The position numbers and the translations under genes were made by a program. From Eledone cirrhosa (lineage: Eukaryota), in assembly GCA_964016885.1 (NCBI GenBank), contig OZ024741.1:328786001-328850000 (forward strand): a DNA stretch of 64,000 bases. The letters run 5' to 3'. Below, piece by piece: positions 26,470 to 37,794 of the stretch (position 1 is the stretch's first letter; each line of letters opens with the position of its first letter). The notes beneath the pieces are model-generated. The model ran no database searches. It worked only from the letters and a program-made list of their open reading frames with translations, and was not told the DNA's origin.

Positions 26470-27119
26470 CAGAGTAATTCGTGGTAGAGGGATGCTCAGT
26501 AGGAATATGTCTGTAAGTGTGTGGGGGATATTTTAACATGTTAAAAAATATTTTTCAGCTCTTGTCTTATACGGAGAAGTGTGTGTGTGTGTGTATATGT
26601 CTCTTTGTATGTTAACGTACGTCTGTGTATGTGTGTGTGTATATGTGTGTGAGAGAGAATATGTGTGTGTGTGGGGGGGGGGGCAGTATTTATTTTTGTG
26701 ATACTGGTAAAATGGTGTACATTATTCGATATTTTCAGTAAAAACGATTCTCTCAATAGAACATCAAAAACCTTAATAATAAAAGGTGTGAAATGATATA
26801 TAGTATTGGCATAATACCAAGGTGTGTGTGAGTGTCCAGATTGTACGTACTGCAAGGGGAATCCATTAGGCCTTGCCGTATTGGAATACTTGTGTACAAA
26901 TATGTATGTGCCCATCAGTGTGCAATGCATGTGTGCGTTTATGTATGTGTGTGTGTCGGCACGTTTATATCTATAGACATCAAAAGGTATGCAAATTTGT
27001 GTATATTTGTGTTGCACCATAGAGCATGTGTGTTTACCTATGTCATTGTGTTTATATGTGGATAGAGATGTATGCTGATGTAGGTATGTATGTTGACGTG
27101 TGTATGTTGTGGGTTCGTC

Positions 27120-29465
27120 TTAGGGAGAAGTGTTTAGACGGGGTCCGTATTTGTTAATAAAGTAAGATTCCTTGCTGATGCGCTGGGTGTGGATGGCATT
27201 ATCTTTAAATTTGTAGAGGGGAAAGATTCTAAAGTTGGGATGATATTGGGCGGCACAGGTATCAATGTGTTCACTCAGTGGTATTTTCCTGTATTCCCGT
27301 ATTTTAATTTGGGATCTATGGACAGTCATGCGTTGGCGGAGGCTGTTTTTAGTTCGGCCTATGTATTGTTCTCGACAACCTCAGCAAGTTAATACATATA
27401 TTAGATTTTCTGATGCGCATGTGAAATTGTGTTTTACTATAAAACGTTGTCCTTCTTTGAAATAGAATTCCAAACCCTCTATTAGGTTGATGCATATGCC
27501 AGAGTTGGGTCTATCGCATTTTTTTCCTGTGGGTTTCGTTGTTGTGGTTGGCAGTACTTTGGCATGTGTTAAGATGTTTTATTTTGACTTAGATTGTCTT
27601 TTGCTCTTTATGATATCGTGTGTTCGTAGGATTTGATTCATTCTATGGTCCTTTTTCAACACAGGGATGTTCTGGAGGATGGTGTCAAAGACCTCATTGT
27701 TCTGGGGGTTGTGTGTGGAGCTGTATGGAAGAGCTTTTACTTTCGGTTGATTTACTTTAGGGTGTCTAAGGTCCTGGGTACTGAGTTTTAGGGCACGTTG
27801 GATTCCATTGTCAATTAGTGATGCAGAGTAGTCCCTGCCTATGAGTGTGTGCTTTAGTTCTTGTAACAGGTGTTTTTATTGGAGACTATAGTACAGATTC
27901 TCTTGACTATGTTGTAGGGAATATTAATTTTAACGTGTCTGGGGTGGCAAGAGTTGAAAGGAAGATATTGCTTGGAGTCTGTGGGCTTGTAGTATATATC
28001 TGTTTTTTAATTTTTTTGTTATGGATCTTAATGAGGATGTCGTGGAAGGGGAGTCGTTGATGGCTGTATTCCATCGTGAAGTTAATATTTGTGTTGAGCC
28101 CATTTATAAGGGTGTGAAATTCTTTAAGTTTCTCGTTGTATTCGTGCCAAAGGCTGAAGCAGTCATCTAGATATCGCTTCCAGTTCCTTTCTATGTGTAA
28201 GTGGAGAGTGTTTCCAAATTTGTTTAGGACTTTAGTGTAGAGGGTGATTTCCAGGTATCCCATGACTAGGTTGGCATAAGTGGGGGCTGTTTTCGTTACC
28301 ATAGCGGTCCCAGATTTCTGCCTGTAGTGTTTGTTATTGAAAACGAAGTAATTGTTATCCAAGATAAATTTGAGTCCCTCTATCACGAATTCTTTTTTGA
28401 TGCGTTGTGGGAGTTCATTGTGATAATTATCCAGCCAGAATTGAATAGCTTCTATTCCTAGGTTGTGGGGGATGTTGGAGTATAGGTTGACTACATCGAA
28501 CGTCACTAGTAGGGTTTGTTCAGAAAGGGGCATATTATGGAGGTGATTGAGCATATCTAGGTTGTCCCTTATATAGCTTTTGATGTGTTTGAGAAAAGGC
28601 TTGAGAAGGGTATCAATGAAGTTGCTAAGGCGGTGGGTTTCGCAACTGGGGGCTGCTATTATAGGTCTTAATTTGAGATCATTGGGTGAGGGGACATTGA
28701 TGACTATGTCTGTGGCTTCCTTGCATGCCTTACTTATTAATTCGCTTTTATGTACTTTAGGGATACCGTAGAAAAGCCTGGATTTACTTGTGAAGTCTGT
28801 GATGAAGCTGAATTCCTTGTTAATGAGTCCTTCTTTGTATTGGTTGATCAGAGTTTTTAGGTTTCTCATAATTTTCTGTTGATTGTAGTGTTCAGCCTTT
28901 TCGTAGTATGTTTCGTTTTCCAAAGGGAAGAGCGCTAAGTTGATATAGAATTCTGTCTCCATTAGGACTACTGTACTCCCTTTATCAGCCTCTTTAATTG
29001 TAATGGTTCTGTCGGTTTTTAATCTATTTAATTCTTCCCATTCTTTCTTGTTGAGGTTTGGCTTGTGTTTTTGTCTGTGCAAGTGTTGGTAGGGGAAGTT
29101 TGTGATGTGTTCACAGAATTCGTCCAGGATTTTATTTCTACCTTTTGATGGGGTGTAATTGCTTCTATTTCTGGCTAATGATTCATCCTCATTGTACTGG
29201 TCGAATAGTTCTTCACTGAGTCGTAACTTTCTACAGAAGACTGTGATGTCTTCCTTCATGTCATAGTAGTTAGGACGTAGTGGGGTCGGTGTGAATTTAA
29301 GACTTTTGGAGAGTAAGTTGATAAGGTTGGGTGTTGGTTCTGCACTAGTTAGATTGATAATTTTTATTACTCTCGGTTTCTCCTCCCTGTCTTGTGTTAT
29401 TTTGTTTGCCTGTATCTGTGTGTTGTGTCTAGAAAATGGGTTGGGTAGAGGGGTTGTCTGCTGAT
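27120..29465 (-). pseudogene. PLE reverse transcriptase plus GIY-YIG endonuclease
   Basis: IINLT...LLSKSLKFTPTP, IKEADKGS, FYGIPKVHK, LRPII, FDVVNLYSNI, GTAM, WKRYLDD, then (after a frameshift near 28010) YYKPTDS and CDRP..C...FTCASENLIYVLTC*GCREQYIGRT...RMTVH. Confidence 0.9.
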
Positions 29466-30567
29466 GTTAAGTGGTCTCCTGTGTTTGTTATATTCCTTGT
29501 TGTTGTAAAATGTGGTTCGGGTTGGTGGTTGTAGATTGAATGGGGTGTTCCTATATTGCGAGTATGGGTGTGTGTTTCTATGTGCCATGTTGGATTGTGG
29601 TGTTATAGGTGGCCTACGTTGTTGGTTGTATCGTGTGGTGTGGGTTTGTTGTGTATTGTGGAAGCGAGAGTTGAGAAAATGGAAATTACCTTGCTGTCCC
29701 CTTATGATTTCTAGGGTTTTTGTCCCTTCTTATGGTAGCGAGGTTGAGAAGTTCATCTTCGGTGTGGTGCTTCCTTCTTCGTTTGTTAGTGGCTTGGGGG
29801 TTTGCGAAGTTGTTGTGCGGTTCGGTTATGGGTTTTCCTATTTTTATGAACGGGTTATTGGAGGTGTAATCCGTTTGAAAAGTCGATTCATAGTGTAGGA
29901 ACCAAGCGGCACTTTTTTCCCAGCGCTGAAGGGATTTCAGTTCTTCTCTGTTGCAGTCCCCTTTCCATAATTTAGAGATCTTCTCTACCTTGGGGCCTTC
30001 AGTTTTATTGTCGATTTCCAGGAGGATCTCTTCATGGATGGTTTTGATTTTTTCCTCATTTGTCTGGGCCCTCAATTTAAGAAGTTCAATTTCTGTCTTC
30101 ATTTTTTCCAATGCCATTCTTTCCCTAAGGTGTCTTTGAGGTTCGGGTTCATTTGGAATGGACTTTATTTGTATTTTACGGGGGAGAGTTAGAGGGGTTG
30201 AGTTAAGCCATTTTTCATATATCTCCGCTTTGTTGTGATTGTGTATCATCTTCCTGAATGAGAACTATTTGTCTCTGAGGGATTTGTTCCATTTTGGAAT
30301 TGTTCGAATTTTCATTTTGTATGAATCAATCTCACATGGTTCTTCGTTGGTTTTTCCTGGGTTGGTAGTAGTGAACATAGTTTGGATAGTATCGCAAAGG
30401 TTTTGAAGTTTGTCGCCGATTTCGGAGGGTTTGTATCCGGTGACGGTTTCCTTATCTGTGGAGTCTAGTTTGTCGACCAGCACAGATAGGTTGGTGTTAA
30501 TTTTCTTGAGTTCCTGTAGAATCTATTCATTTGTGTTGATAAGAGTTGTATCTGTTTTTGTTGGCAT
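29397..30567 (-). pseudogene. Upstream ORF or N-terminal extension of the PLE (coiled-coil-like plus low-complexity region)
   Basis: ATG at 30567 just inside the pLTR; ORF pieces 30265-30483, 29686-30249 (E/K/L-rich, RMALEKMKTEIELLKLRAQ) and 29397-29588; interrupted by stops and one frameshift. Confidence 0.6.
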
Positions 30568-32513
30568 TTTCTGTATCTCGTGTGAGGATATGATATTTAA
30601 AAGAATAGAGGTGTAACACACAAGTTATGATATATTGGTAAACGGAAAAGAAAATGCTGACAAATTGTTTACAGTGAAAAATAGTTTAATTAGGAATAAG
30701 TGAGAATTAGTAATAGTATTGGTTAGTATTCAGTTTGGGTTTTAAGTTTTACCGGTTGCCCATTTCTAATGCTTTTCAAATATAATTTTGAGATAGAGCG
30801 TCCGTGATGTTTGCTCTAATCTGATTAGTTTTGGAAATTCTACCTGTTTTTATGTGAAAAAAGTGGCTCCAGCGGTATTAAAATAAGTTTCGCGCCAATT
30901 CGTGTTGAAAAAATTCTTGTGGTCAAACAATTTTGATTGGTCGGTAGAGGTCATGTGAATGTTAAAAATTGATTTTGCGCCAAATGTAGGTTTGTGTCGG
31001 CTGATTGAGAAGTCACTGAAAAATATGTCTTTCAAAACAAATATGTGTGTGTGTGTGTGTGTGTGTCTCTTTGTATGTTAATGTAGCGTGTGTATGTGTG
31101 TGTGTATATATATGTGTGTGTGTGTGAGAGAGAGAATATGTGTGTGTGGGGGGGGGGGGGGGGTGGACCAGTATTTATTTTTGTGATACTGGTAAAATGG
31201 TGTACATTATTCGATATTTTCAGTAAAAACGATTCTCTCAATAGAACATCAAAAACCTTAATAATAAAAGGTGTGAAATGATATATAGTATTGGCATAAT
31301 ACCAAGGTGTGTGTGAGTGTCCAGATTGTACGTACTGCAAGGGGAATCCATTAGGCCTTGCCGTATTGGAATACTTGTGTACAAATATGTATGTGCCCAT
31401 CAGTGTGCAATGCATGTGTGCGTTTATGTACGTGTGTGTGTCGGCACGTTTATATCTATAGACATCAAAAGGTATGCAAATTTGTGTATATTTGTGTTGC
31501 ACCATAGAACATGTGCGTTTACGTATGTCATTGTGTTTATATGTGGATAGAGATGTATGCTGATGTAGGTATGTATGTTGACGTGAGTATGTTGTGGGTT
31601 CGTCTTAGCGAGAAGTGTTTAGACGGGGTCCGTAATTGTTAATAAAGTAAGATTCCTTGCTGATGCGTGGTGTGGGTTGCATTATCTTTAAATTTGTAGA
31701 GGGGAAAGATTCTGAAGTTGGGATGATTTTGGGCGGCACAGATATCAATGTGTTCACTCAGTGGTATTTTCCTGTATTCCCGTATTTTAATTTGGGATCT
31801 ATGGACAGTCATGCGTTGGCGGAGGCGGTTTTTGGTCCGGCCTATGTATTGTTCTCGACAACCTCAGCAAGTTAATACATATATTAGATTTTCTGATGCG
31901 CATGTGAAATTGTGTTTTACTATAAAACGTTGTCCTTCTTTGAAATAGAATTCCGAACCCTCTATTAGGTTGATGCATATGCCACAGTTGGGTCTATCGC
32001 AATTTTTTTTACTGTGGGTTTCGTTGTTGTGGTTGGCAGTACTTTGGCATGTGTTATGATGTTTTTCATTGACTTAGATTGTCTTTTGCTCTTTATGATA
32101 TCGTGTGTTCGTATGATTTGGTTCATTCTATGGTCCTTTTTTAACACAGGGATGTTCTGCGGTTCGCACTCACATCCCTGCTGACCATTATCACAACAAC
32201 GAACCTCTTTACTACTACTACTACTACACACACACACACACACACACACACATATTTGTTTTGAAAGACTTATTTTTCAATGACTTCTCAATCAGCCAAC
32301 ACAAACCTACATTTGGCGCAAAATCAATTTTTAACATTCACATGACCTCTACTAACCAATCAAAATTGTTTGACCACAAGAATTTTTGCAACACGAATTG
32401 GCGCGAAACTTATTTCAATACCGCTGGAGCCACTTTTTTCACATAAAAACAGGTAGAATTTCCAAAACTAATCAGATTAGAGCAAACATCACGGACGCTC
32501 TATCTCAAACTTA

Positions 32514-32549
32514 TTTTTGAAAAGCATTAGAAATGCGCAACCGGTAAAA
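32514..32549 (+). ncRNA. Variant hammerhead-like motif in the Neptune pLTR (also 26009-26044 minus, 30747-30782 minus, 45254-45290 plus)
   Basis: UUU-UUGAAAA-GCAU-UAGAA-AUGC-GCAAC-CG-GUA-AAA: U3-A8 core, G10.1-C11.1 stem II, palindromic ACCGGU, A13C deviation. Confidence 0.55.
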
Positions 32550-33262
32550 CTTAAAACCAAAACTACTAACCAATACTATTACTAATTCTCACTTATTCCT
32601 AATTAAACTATTTCTCACTGTGAACAATTTGTCAGCATTTTCTTTTCGGTTTACCAATATATATATGCTTTCCAACTCATACAAACTTAACTCACTTTCA
32701 GATACTTATCGTCCATAAACTCTTGTTCTTCACTTTCCTTAAATTATCCTCTTTACAGACTTCTCTTTCTGATTTACTTTCATTTTTAACTTTATTTATA
32801 TTTTTACTTCACATCCACGAGTGAACCGCCCCCTCCCCCACACACACTAACTTTTTGATTCACTTACCTAATATCTTCACATTCCACATTTTACTTCCCC
32901 ATTTTCTTTCACTACCTGATATCACATGTCACTTGCGTTTTCCACTCCAAATATATTCTGTTGTTTCGCAGCCGATTTTATATTTGTACTCATTTATTCA
33001 TACGGCTGGTTTATAATTTGTATCTATGCGTGTGAGTGTGCATATGTGTGTATACGTTCTGTATATGTATGCGAACGCCTCCGTATGTGTGCGTGCGTAC
33101 GTATATATATGTGTGTGTATGTGTGTTTATATATCTATGTTTTTTACATACTTATTTATACGTGTGTCTGTATGTGGGTGAATGTATGTATGTGTGTATG
33201 TATATATATATATGTATGTGTATACGTATGTATGGGTGTGTATGTATGTATGTATATATATA

Positions 33263-33317
<55 letters not shown>

Positions 33318-33974
33318 GCGTACGTACGTATGATTAGATATACATGGGGCGATATATATATATATATACGTGCCTCGCGTGTATGTATGTACGCATGCAT
33401 GCGCTTTTGTCTGTACGTATTTATGTGTATATATATTTATATATATATGTTTGTGTACTTGCGTACCTATGTTTGTTTGTTTTTTTCTAGTGTTAATTGA
33501 TAACCCCTCCCTATTACTTTCTCTTTGATTTAAAAAATTGTATTTTTTCATTCTCATATATTGTTTCATTTTTATACATATATCGAGAATGACACTACTT
33601 TTTACTATTACACTCCCTTCCTCTTTATCTTCCGCATATAAGTGACCGCGTGTGTGCGTGTGTTTATACGCCTGCTTTCATACTCGTATGTGTATATATT
33701 TAATACCTATATACGTATTTGTGGTCACATATACACAAATATGCATGCCCTCATCTATGTACTTACGCACACATTTTCACCATACACATGCATTTGTACA
33801 TACACACATATGTACATTTGTGAGTGTATATACATACATATACACATACCCTAACTATATTTCCTTATTTTTTTATATATCTCTTGCATTACTTTTATTT
33901 ATATATTTTTTTGCCCGTTAAATACTTGCCTTTCTTGAGGAGATTTTTCAAATATTTCACTATGTTTTAAATTG

Positions 33975-34040
33975 CCTTGTCCGATGAACGAATGAGGACG
34001 CTTTTCGTATTCGTTTTATTCGGGACACCTCTGGTAATGA
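33975..34040 (+). ncRNA. Degenerate hammerhead motif with extended stem II
   Basis: CCGAUGA-A-CGAAU...AUUCG-GGACAC; the core has mutated. Confidence 0.35.
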
Positions 34041-34113
34041 GGTTGTTATATTGTATTGTTTATTATACATTATATATATATATAATGTTTTTAATATAGA
34101 AATGGCATCTACG

Positions 34114-34156
34114 GGACAAGAACTGTTTCATTCGAAGGAAATCATCAGGAAAATCC
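34114..34156 (-). ncRNA. Minimal hammerhead motif
   Basis: Minus strand CUGAUGA-UUUC-CUUC-GAAU-GAAAC-AGUUC; weak stem I (GGA/UCC). Confidence 0.5.
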
Positions 34157-34266
34157 TAATTTACGATATATGTATTACCTTCTTTACTGTCGTTACCCAC
34201 AATTGCACCCGGGATACACAAAGAGTGTAACCATATATACATATATATGTTTCTATGAATGTATGC

Positions 34267-34322
<56 letters not shown>

Positions 34323-34336
34323 CTTCGCATTTGTCC

Positions 34337-34376
<40 letters not shown>

Positions 34377-34916
34377 GGACAAATGCCAAGTTCGGTGTAG
34401 ACATTTTTTAATTGTGATTACGGTTTCATGAAGGTACGATCATGCAACCGGTCGCGCTACATCGTCAGACAGTGTTTTATGCAAGAAGGCTACTTCTCTG
34501 AGACAGTATTCTATGCATGATGAGGATTTGTGTGATTTTCCCATTAATATTCAGTGTTACGCACACACAATTTATTCTTGTGTCTTGTCAAACTATATTT
34601 GAATAATGCAGCTATTACTACAACTACTGAAACAGGTAAATTCTATTTTATCAAAGTGGGATTCTTGTCGGAATATGCAGCTCTTGACAATTGTAAAACA
34701 ATCACCACTTTTATGGTGTGTAGTAAAAAAGAAAGTAGAACAGAGATGGCGCTTAACACCTGATGGGACCATGGAGGGGCTATCTTGACCCAGGGCATAT
34801 ATTAGGCATTCTAATCCTAGTTGAACCCTTCCTTCTCTAACTTGTAACGCAGTCTATTCCTCCAAGAGAAAAGGTGAGATTGCAAAGAGGTAACATAATT
34901 ATATAAAGGAGGGATA

Positions 34917-35098
34917 TTGGCAGTATCGGTAGAAGGTCGGACGCCAATCTTTTCAACATAGAGTTACACCCCTTTACGGTCTGAGTTCAAATCCCGCCGA
35001 GGTTAACTTGGCTTTCATCCTTATGAGGTCGATAAAATAAAATACCAGTAATGAACTGGGATAATTGATGGCCTTGTGCCAAAAGTAGAAACAATAAT
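34917..35098 (+). mobile_element. SINE copy with TSD
   Basis: ATAATTATATAAAGGAGG occurs on both sides (near 34895 and 35094). Confidence 0.9.
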
Positions 35099-35583
35099 TA
35101 TATAAAGGAGGAATCGGCCCCAGTCACGTAATGGTAATGTAGTTATTGACTTCGTAATGACGAAAGACAAACTTGGCATCGATAAAAATCGATCGGATTG
35201 AACGAGAACAAATAACAAGACATTTAATGTGACGGTCTAACCATTCCACCACCTTCAATGGTGTAAGGGAATTAGCAAAACAAAACCAATGCTCGGTAAG
35301 AAGTAATTATTATGTGACGGATCAGTAGCACTTGGCCCTAGATTTATCTCATGCCTATTAAATGTTTTACTTAATGAAATTATTATTGATTAAGCGCTTG
35401 AAATGTGCACCCATATTAGAATTAACTTTCAGAGAGAAAATCAGATTAAATGAAGGAAACAATTTGATGAACAGAAGTATTTTCATTTTTATTGTTGTCA
35501 CAGGATTTTATATATTTAATCTTATCCGTCAGTTTAGTAACTACTAGTCCATTGCTGCAAAAGGGTACAACTCTCCCTCTTTC

Positions 35584-35628
<45 letters not shown>

Positions 35629-35733
35629 TTTTCCGTAGTGTTGTAATACGAATATTACACACAGTAGATGGACAGCTCACGTAGGGTTTGCTCGACGGTT
35701 CCAGTTGTAGTTTCAAAAGTAATCCGGAGAAAA

Positions 35734-36062
35734 TAGAAGGATTTAAATGGATACAGTTCAGTAAAAGGAATTTATTGACACGTGTTTCAATAACAGTTAT
35801 ATAACCTGAAAACAGCTGCTATCTACAAAGTATTAATTATGCCGACACTCAATATTTCAATGTTATTTTCAACTATCATTTTCAACTATCATTTTCAACT
35901 ATCATTTCATCATGAAATGATTGTTGAAAATAACAATGAAATATTGAGTGTCTGCATAATTAATACTTTGTAGATAGCAGCTGTTTTCAGGTTATATAAC
36001 TGTTATTGAAACACGTGTCAATAAATTCCTTTTACTGAACTGTATCCATTTAAATCCTTCTA
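35734..36062. repeat. ~330-bp near-perfect palindrome
   Basis: Arms are reverse complements about centre 35911; the left arm has two extra TTTTCAACTATCA units. Confidence 0.95.
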
Positions 36063-37057
36063 AAATATATATATATATACAAGAAAAGAGTCAGGACCCC
36101 GACGGCTGATGTCCGGCAGCTAGAACCCCGAACTAACCCAGCAGTATTAGGACGGCAGGGACCTAGCGAAACTTATAAAGTGGTACAGTCCATATATGGG
36201 CATGAAGTCAAAACAAAAAAAGCAGAAGTATCAAATCAAGGAATCATAAAAAATTGTTGTTTTTCATGTCTGTCACGGGGAGTGGTCACGTATTTTTGGA
36301 TGTCATGTACATGGTTAAATTTCTTCAAGCGGCGGGGTGAGGTGTCTAAACTGGCCTGTAGAACAAAGGGGAGGGAGTAAGATGACATTCCGACCTGTGG
36401 GTACCAAGCCGGTCAGGCGTTAAGAGAGAAAATCTTTACAACTATCTCTAATGGTGGGTAAAAAAGTAAATTCAGCATATGAGAATTAAGGAAGGATGTT
36501 GAAAGGAAAGTAAGAATGCCAAGTTTAACACTTAGCTAGGGCAAAGCATATAGATATTAATACTAATTAAATTCCTAATACATAAATGAAATTTAGTTAT
36601 CAGTTACTCTAATGCTCTGGAACGGCACTTCAATACAGTAATTTACGAGTATTTTCTTTTATAATGATAACCCCCCCCCCCCTCCCCAAAAAACCATGGC
36701 TATTTGTTCGGCCGGTTCTATGTATATTTAACAAGAGTGAAGGATTGCCGGGTTAACCTCAGGAAGAAAAGAATATATATATATATATATATATATATAA
36801 GTATGTACACGTACATACATATATGTATACAGACGTACAGTAGTATGTATATATATATACATACATGTACACATATATATATGTACGTATGGATTCACCG
36901 AACATTGATTATAATGCTCGGTGTGTTTGTAAACAAGCATCCCGTATTAAGCCTTAGTGTCTAGCAACCATCGTTGCTCGTTTGTTCAACAGTGACAAAG
37001 GAACGCTGTACCAGCTTCAAACTTTCCAACTATCGTCATATATATACCAAAGGTATA

Positions 37058-37113
<56 letters not shown>

Positions 37114-37324
37114 TATATATATACCAAAGGTATATATTGAGTTAGAAACTCAAAATAGTTTCTTACAATTAAATAGCTCTAGGAAACAGATTTTTCCGAG
37201 CCGTATAATATAATTGAATATAAAAGAGAAATAAACACATATATATACAATTAATTTGCGAAACAGCATAGTCAATCGTTGTCTGGGTGATTGGTAGTTA
37301 CTACAATTCCGGTTTGTATTTATT

Positions 37325-37449
37325 TTCTTGATTTATTCTTAAATTGAATCTGGCAAACCCTATTGTCTATAGTTAGTATTTTTTTCACCTTAGCGAATCT
37401 GGTCCCTTACGATTTGAACACATATATGTATATATCTGTGTTTATCTCT

Positions 37450-37517
<68 letters not shown>

Positions 37518-37635
37518 GATAACACAGATATATACATATATGTGTTCAAATCGTAAGGGATCAGATTCGCTAAGGTGAAAAAAATACTAACTATGGACAA
37601 TAGGGTTTGCCAGACTCAATTTAAGAATAAATCAA

Positions 37636-37638
<3 letters not shown>
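37325..37638. repeat. Inverted repeat with ~130-bp arms around a (TA)n core
   Basis: TTCTTGATTTATTC...ATCTCTCTT (TA)n AAAAGAGATAAC...GAATAAATCAAGAA. Confidence 0.95.
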
Positions 37639-37710
<72 letters not shown>

Positions 37711-37748
37711 AGACAAACCACAACAGAAACACAAACCATCCATCTCAA

Positions 37749-37794
37749 ATTTACTTTTGAAAACAATATGAACTGTGAAACCGGTAAAGTAAAT
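37749..37794 (+). ncRNA. Variant (U3-A8) minimal hammerhead ribozyme motif
   Basis: AUUUACUU-UUGAAAA-CAAUAUGAACUGU-GAAAC-CG-GUA-AAGUAAAU: perfect 8-bp stem I, GAAAC, palindromic ACCGGU, GUA triplet; stem II short. Confidence 0.6.

Larger units (their letters stand above)
25862..32660 (-). mobile_element. Neptune-type Penelope-like retroelement with partial tandem duplication and inverted pseudo-LTR
   Basis: pLTR block 25862-26305 is repeated at 30601-31045 and inverted at ~32250-32660; EN and 3' UTR block 26580-27675 is repeated at ~31045-32160; RT and GIY-YIG coding lies between; (TA)n flanks. Confidence 0.9.

Noticed and set aside
36380-36480. Minus-strand RLTGLVPTGRN resembling a PLE endonuclease C-terminus
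   Set aside because: A single short motif is insufficient evidence
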